From: Octopus vulgaris
Lineage: Eukaryota
Reading direction: 5' to 3'
DNA length: 64,000 nt
Assembly: GCA_951406725.2 (NCBI GenBank)
Contig: OX597830.1
Coordinates: forward strand, 16,182,001-16,246,000
Every line of letters begins with the position of its first letter. The first letter of the stretch is position 1. The notes under the pieces are model-generated. The model saw nothing but the letters and a program-made list of their open reading frames with translations, searched no databases and was not told where the DNA came from. The position numbers and the translations under genes were made by a program. Of this stretch, positions 58,344 to 64,000 are shown in pieces.

Positions 58344-58417
58344 TGCTGCTGATGATTTATAGATAAATATGTGAGTATAATTGCATATTATGTTGATAAA
58401 GAAACAATTGTTCAGCA
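58344..58417 (+). ncRNA. Type-I hammerhead ribozyme inside a (TA)n-flanked insert (~58294-58670)
   Basis: TGCTG-CTGATGA-TTTAT...ATAAA-GAAA-CAATTG-TT-CAGCA, with perfect stem I and canonical core. Confidence 0.85.
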
Positions 58418-59606
58418 CTAATCTATCTTTTCGTTGTATTTCGCTTTCCATACGTTGGAGGTAATGTTATTTCTTTTGTGGAAACAATTTCGGTGGCTAT
58501 ACCAGAATAAGGAGCTATTTCTAGCACTAGAGTTAACCACTTAACGGTAACTCTCTTATATTTACGTATAAATTTGTATTGTCTCCCTGGTTTTTTATGT
58601 GCTAGGCCACTTGGTGTTAAACTGATGGTATTATTAAATTAATATCTAATTTTTCACCCTCATTTATGAATGTATATATATATATATATATATTAAGGCA
58701 ATCTTTATATCCAACTTAATGTGGATGTTCTTTAAGAACACTAAATACTGCATTATTTACCTAGAGAGGACCTCTCATAAGGATGTATGTTCTGGTGCCT
58801 TTAGCAGATGATTCTCATCTGCCAACGATATATATATATATGTGTGTGTGTGTTTATGCACCATATATGACTTAATGCCATGGCAAAAAGAGGTCAATGG
58901 AATACATACTATACTCTAGAAAAATATTTTATGTGGTCGTTTTGTTCAACTAAACACTTCAAGGGGATGCCCCTGCATCATGTATACTAATTTTCAAGTT
59001 ATTATCATTATAAAAAAAATTTCATTACCTGATCTGAATGCTTTTATCTAAACTATTTTTTGTCTCATCACAGACGAAACATATATTTTATTTCCTTGTC
59101 AAAGACTCTGTTACTTGATTGAGATATATTCGTGTGTGAACTAATTTTTTATTCCTATCATTTAAAAAAATTTTATGACCTGACCTGAATGTTTTTATAT
59201 AAACTATTTTTGACTCATCACAGAAAATACATAAAATTTCAAAATTTTTTCTTATCATTGTCAAAGACTCGATCACTTGATTTGAATACATTTTTGTCAA
59301 CTACTTTTTTTTTGACACCACAGAGAATACACAAAACTTACACTCTACTTTTGAAAATCTTTTTAATTAAGTGAAACCGGTTAAGTTAATGAATACTTTT
59401 AAAAGACTCCTGCATTTTCAGATTCTTTTCCTTATATCTTTACTCATGCGGTAACACTGCATATATATATATATATATGTATGTAAGTATGTATGTATGT
59501 ATGTATGTATGTATGTATGTATATATGTATATATATATGCATATATATAGATAGATAGATAGATGGATATAGATATATATACATATATATTTATACATAT
59601 ATATAC

Positions 59607-59673
<67 letters not shown>

Positions 59674-61884
59674 CACACACAGAGAGACACACACATTATG
59701 GCTTAGTGGTTAGAGTGTTGGGCTCACACTCATGAGGTAGCGAGTTCGATTCCCAGACCAGCTAGTGTGTTGTGCTCTTGAGCAAGACTCTTTATTTCAC
59801 GTTGCTCCAGTCCACTCAGCTGTAGAAATGAGTTGCGACATCACAGGTGCCAAGCTGTATCGTTCCCTTTGCCTTTCCCTTGGTTAATATTGTTGATGTG
59901 GAGAGGGGTAAGACCTCACTGCACTTATTGAAGTAATGATGAGGGAATCTCTGAGTAGATGCACAAAATTACAATAATATTATAACATGAATAAGAATGA
60001 AGATTTCGAATAATTAAAAGGATAAATTACTGAGTCTGGTTAATAATTTAGAAATGTCTTCTGTATAAATAAGAATTCGCCAAGTGGTGAGGAAAAGATA
60101 ATATAGCTTGATGTCTCTTTTAATAACTTCAGCTTCTACAATAATGTATCGTCATTTAGTAAACATTATCGTTTCCTACAGTATCATTATTTTTAATAAG
60201 CATTTTGATGTGTGTTCTATTAAGTCAGTTGATAATAATTTAACTATTGTTGTTTTATGCAGCTGATGTCTCTGAGTAATTTCTTTCCATTATTTATGCT
60301 TTTTAATTCAATCACTGCTTTATTCTGCCTAACTTTCAGTTGATTTTAGCCACTAGAACTAAACAAATTTCAATCCAATTTTTAAATTACAAAGGAACTC
60401 TTTGCCCTTTTCCATGACATTTTGATGCTTTTAACAGCCATTCCTTGTTCTCTTGTATTCCCAATATCCCTAAATCTAATCTGCCATATCACATTCAAAT
60501 ATCATAATAGACAATGGTTATATAAAACAACAGCTGTGATAAAATTTAAACACTATACATAACAAAAGCTATATAAAACAATAGCTATATGAAATGATTG
60601 TTATATAAAACAATATCTGGCGGCTATTTGCTCAGTTTTCTCTCAAATTCATTCAAAATTCAAGATAATTTGTTCATTTATGAAGGATTTTTTTTTTCAA
60701 TAATATTTTCTCAACAAACTTCTCTTCCCATAACTCAAAGTTCATATTCCACTAATATAATACACAGTATTTTGTTATCTTTTGATGCTGGCATTTATTA
60801 TACGTTAGTCAGTTCTGCCCAGGAAATAATATTGAATTGACTTGTTAAACTGTAAATAAATTTCCTCCCAGGAATCTAAGCACTGATGGAAACATTGAAT
60901 ACAGATTCCTGGCCATACATACTTTACACACAAACAATTCTTGTTAATCTTTATTGTGCACATGTACATATTCTTATTGAGAGATACATATTGTAATATT
61001 GATCTTAACTCAAATGGAACTAAATAGGATAGCACAAAACTCCCCCAACTCACTGTGTTCTCATCTTTAGCTCATCTTATATTTATAAATTACTGATGCA
61101 TGTTTAGATGGAGAATAAAAAAACATCTTAATATTTTAAGTAGTTTTCTCATGAATAAATTATTAACAAGGTTTGCTTTCTACAAAATACAGCTCTTACA
61201 CATCAATAAAGATTGCTAATATTTTATAGGGATCTGAATGGAATACATTTCAGCCATCTGAGAGATAATTCCTTTATAGCAATATAACATGAAAAAAATG
61301 CTAAATGGCATATTAACTAAACATATCACAACAAATTACTTTCATTCTATTATTTTCTGAAGCTTACCGCAAATAACAGTTTTGGAAATATAACATTTTC
61401 TATTTGGTCAATCAGATCAGATCTAACAGCGTGTCAGATCAAACCTTGGGTCACTGCTATTTTCGGTTCAAACTTCAGATCAGTGTATTCTCAAGTCTTT
61501 TCTAACCTCAGGCCTGTTCTAACCTCGGGTCAGATATAACTTCAGGCAAGACTAGCTTCAGTCGAATAATTCTCTCACAACATTTATCTGAGTCTTTTCC
61601 TTTATTATTTTTAAACAAATTTTTTTTTTGGTATCCTTTATTTGAGAAAAAAGAGGAAAGAACAGGTCAACCTAGATATGACTTAGAGTAATATTGAAGA
61701 TTAAGGTTTTAAAAGAAGAACCCTGAACAGAAAGAGAAGGAGGGTTGGGTTCTAGAGGATCCCTGGTCTGAAGTAAAAGGATTAGTAAAGCAATTCAGTA
61801 TGAGGATCATACGAGACATACAAAAGATGAGGTATGGAAGAGAAAGGTGTATCAAGTCAGGCTGGGCTCAGATACTACATAGTT

Positions 61885-62082
61885 TATTCTTTTATTCTTT
61901 TACTTGTTTCAGTCATTTGACTGCAGCCATGCTGGAGCACCGCCTTTAGTCGAGCAAATCAACCCCGGGACTTATTCTTTGTAAGCCCAGTACTTATTTT
62001 ATCGGTTTCTTTTGCCGAACCGCTAAGTGACGGGGACGTTAAACACACCAGCATCGGTTGTCAAGCAATGCTAGGGGGACAA

Positions 62083-62115
<33 letters not shown>

Positions 62116-62280
62116 CATATATACGACAGGCTTCTTTCAGTTTCCAAATCCACTCACAAGGCATTGGTCGGCCCGGGGCTATAGCAGAAGACACTTGCCC
62201 AAGATGCCACGCAGTGGGACTGAACCCGGAACCATGTGGTTGGTTAGCAAGCTACTTACCACACAGCCACTCCTGCGCCT
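61885..62280 (-). mobile_element. CORE-type SINE copy
   Basis: Family match. Confidence 0.88.
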
Positions 62281-63129
62281 TTGTTAGCAAGTTATTATAA
62301 TAATGTTAAAAAAGACAGACAGGAGATACAGAACATTGAGAGGGTAGATGTTTACTCCATGTTGCTGAATGAGTGAATGTCTGAAGGCTTCTTTACCAGT
62401 CCAGTGGTTTTATTTTGGATAAAGTTAAAATGTACAGTGTTATCTGGAAATTTTCACTATCCTGAATATTTGAACAATAATCTAATGTGAATTATATTTG
62501 CAGATGGGTTAGTAACTGCTTTCACAGCTACTGAAATATATTGTTGCTTTGGGGAAATTTCTAGTCTTTGCCCTGGTTATTTTTAGAAATGATTGATGGA
62601 TATGAAAGGTCAACAGAAATAATGAAGTCTGGCATTTTGCAGGGAGTTTGAGGGTTTTAGTTGTGTATTATTTACAAATAGGGAGGCTGTAGTATTTCAT
62701 GTTTCTTTGATATTTATAGTGGTTATATGACTCATCACACACACTCACCACAGCCTACTCTTGCAGGAATTCTCTAAATGGATTTAATTATGCATATACA
62801 TTCTTTGAACACGTGGATAACCAAATCAATAGAAACCATGTTATTTAATAAATAATGTGTGGTCTAGATTTATTAGTTAGTCGGGCAGGGTGGGGGACGA
62901 TTATTGTGCAGTGAAGAAACGCACTTTCAGCGGGTTTTAACTCATATCTCTTTACTTTCAACAGTTTGATTTCATTTTTGACAACATCCCTTTGTCTCCT
63001 GAACTAGACATGATTTTCTCGGCTCCCTTCTACCTAATAATTACATTAAAGTGGAATCAGACTGGTATTGATTCTAGATATATTTCATGAAATGTGCAAT
63101 TTGTGATTTTGAAAACTTTTTAGCTTTTT

Positions 63130-63400
63130 GTTAACATGTAGTGTACTATCAAATACCGTATAACGGGAAACTATAATTTATAGTATATTATCGTTTAACA
63201 AGTAATGTACAATTATTTAACATATATTATTCTAGTATTTGTATTATGTATCATTTATAGTGTATATTATGTATAGTGGGCTATCATTTAAATTTATAGT
63301 GTACTAATATTTAACATGTAGTGTACTACCATTAAACATATCATGTGCTGTAATTTAACATGTAGCATACTATGATTTAACTATATAACATCTCACAAGC
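63130..63400. repeat. Degenerate ~30-bp minisatellite (TTTAACATGTAGTGTACTATCA...)
   Basis: The motif recurs near 63132, 63311 and 63354, with decayed copies between. Confidence 0.6.
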
Positions 63401-63661
63401 CATGTAGCCTTCATTTAAATATACATTCTACAGCATTTTGTGAAAACATGATATTTATTTTATAAAATTATGCGCCTGTTTATTTCCTTATAATGTTCAA
63501 GTATTCGACCCAAGACACCAAAATACTTAAGCAAGCAACACAAAGGCTGTAACAGAACATTTCAATTCCGGGATCTCTCATCCAGATCCTTCTGCTGCCA
63601 TAATTCATTTCTGTATTATTTCAATCTTTCACTTCTGATTACTATCATTGTGTAATTCCAG

Positions 63662-63867
63662 AATGTGCCCGTGATCGGCTAAAATATCTGAACATGATAA
63701 AGGAGAGACCAGACGAGAAAAACGACCGAATATTCCTGTGCGAACGTAATGGAAATTATGCTAAAGTGCAATGTACTGGTTCGGTGTGTTACTGCGTCGA
63801 TGAACAAGGGAATGAATTGAGAAGTAGCACAGTTCACATTTCAGAGACTGGTTCAGTGAAGTGTTAA
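63662..63867 (+). CDS. Last coding exon with one complete six-Cys thyroglobulin type-1 domain: (K)CARDRLKYLNMIKERPDEKNDRIFLCERNGNYAKVQCTGSVCYCVDEQGNELRSSTVHISETGSVKC*
   Basis: TTCCAG acceptor in phase 1 (A+AA = Lys). Motifs C-x-x-N-G-N-Y-x-x-V-Q-C and CYCVD-x-x-G. TAA stop at 63865-63867. Confidence 0.92.
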
Positions 63868-64000
63868 GTAAGTACTGGTCTCTCTCTCTCTCTTTCCTTT
63901 CCTGCATCTCCCAATCAATATTTTGATAGTGAGATCTTTGCTCTGATATCTGCTACTACATCAATGGACCTCCATGCCTGTTCGTGCTGGCACCAAAACA

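Noticed and set aside
59025-59340. Two to three decayed direct repeats (CCTGA.CTGAATG..TTTAT)
   Set aside because: Highly diverged local duplication with nothing suggesting function.

Overview
This is AT-rich, microsatellite-dense animal genomic DNA. The SINE and RTE-tail repeat families suggest an octopus (inference). The whole window lies inside one + strand host gene. Three phase-compatible exons (<1-52, 36737-36822, 63662-63867) encode two tandem thyroglobulin type-1 domains and are separated by introns of about 36.7 kb and 26.8 kb. The introns hold tRNA-derived SINEs, RTE and RLE (R4-like) LINE fragments, Tc1/mariner fossils, MITEs and degenerate Penelope-like elements (PLEs) with Naiad-type motifs. 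The most striking unexplained signal is a set of about a dozen short (roughly 150-500 nt) non-coding inserts in or beside (TA)n tracts. They belong mostly to unrelated sequence families, and each carries a minimal type-I hammerhead ribozyme motif. Several are arranged as fold-back inverted repeats. The families differ in their palindromic stem III hexamer (CATATG, CGGCCG, CTCGAG, CCATGG, CAATTG, CACGTG, CAGCTG), and some have non-canonical catalytic cores. Almost all ORFs in the supplied track are microsatellite artefacts. All structures and coordinates were read by eye; nothing was computed or searched.
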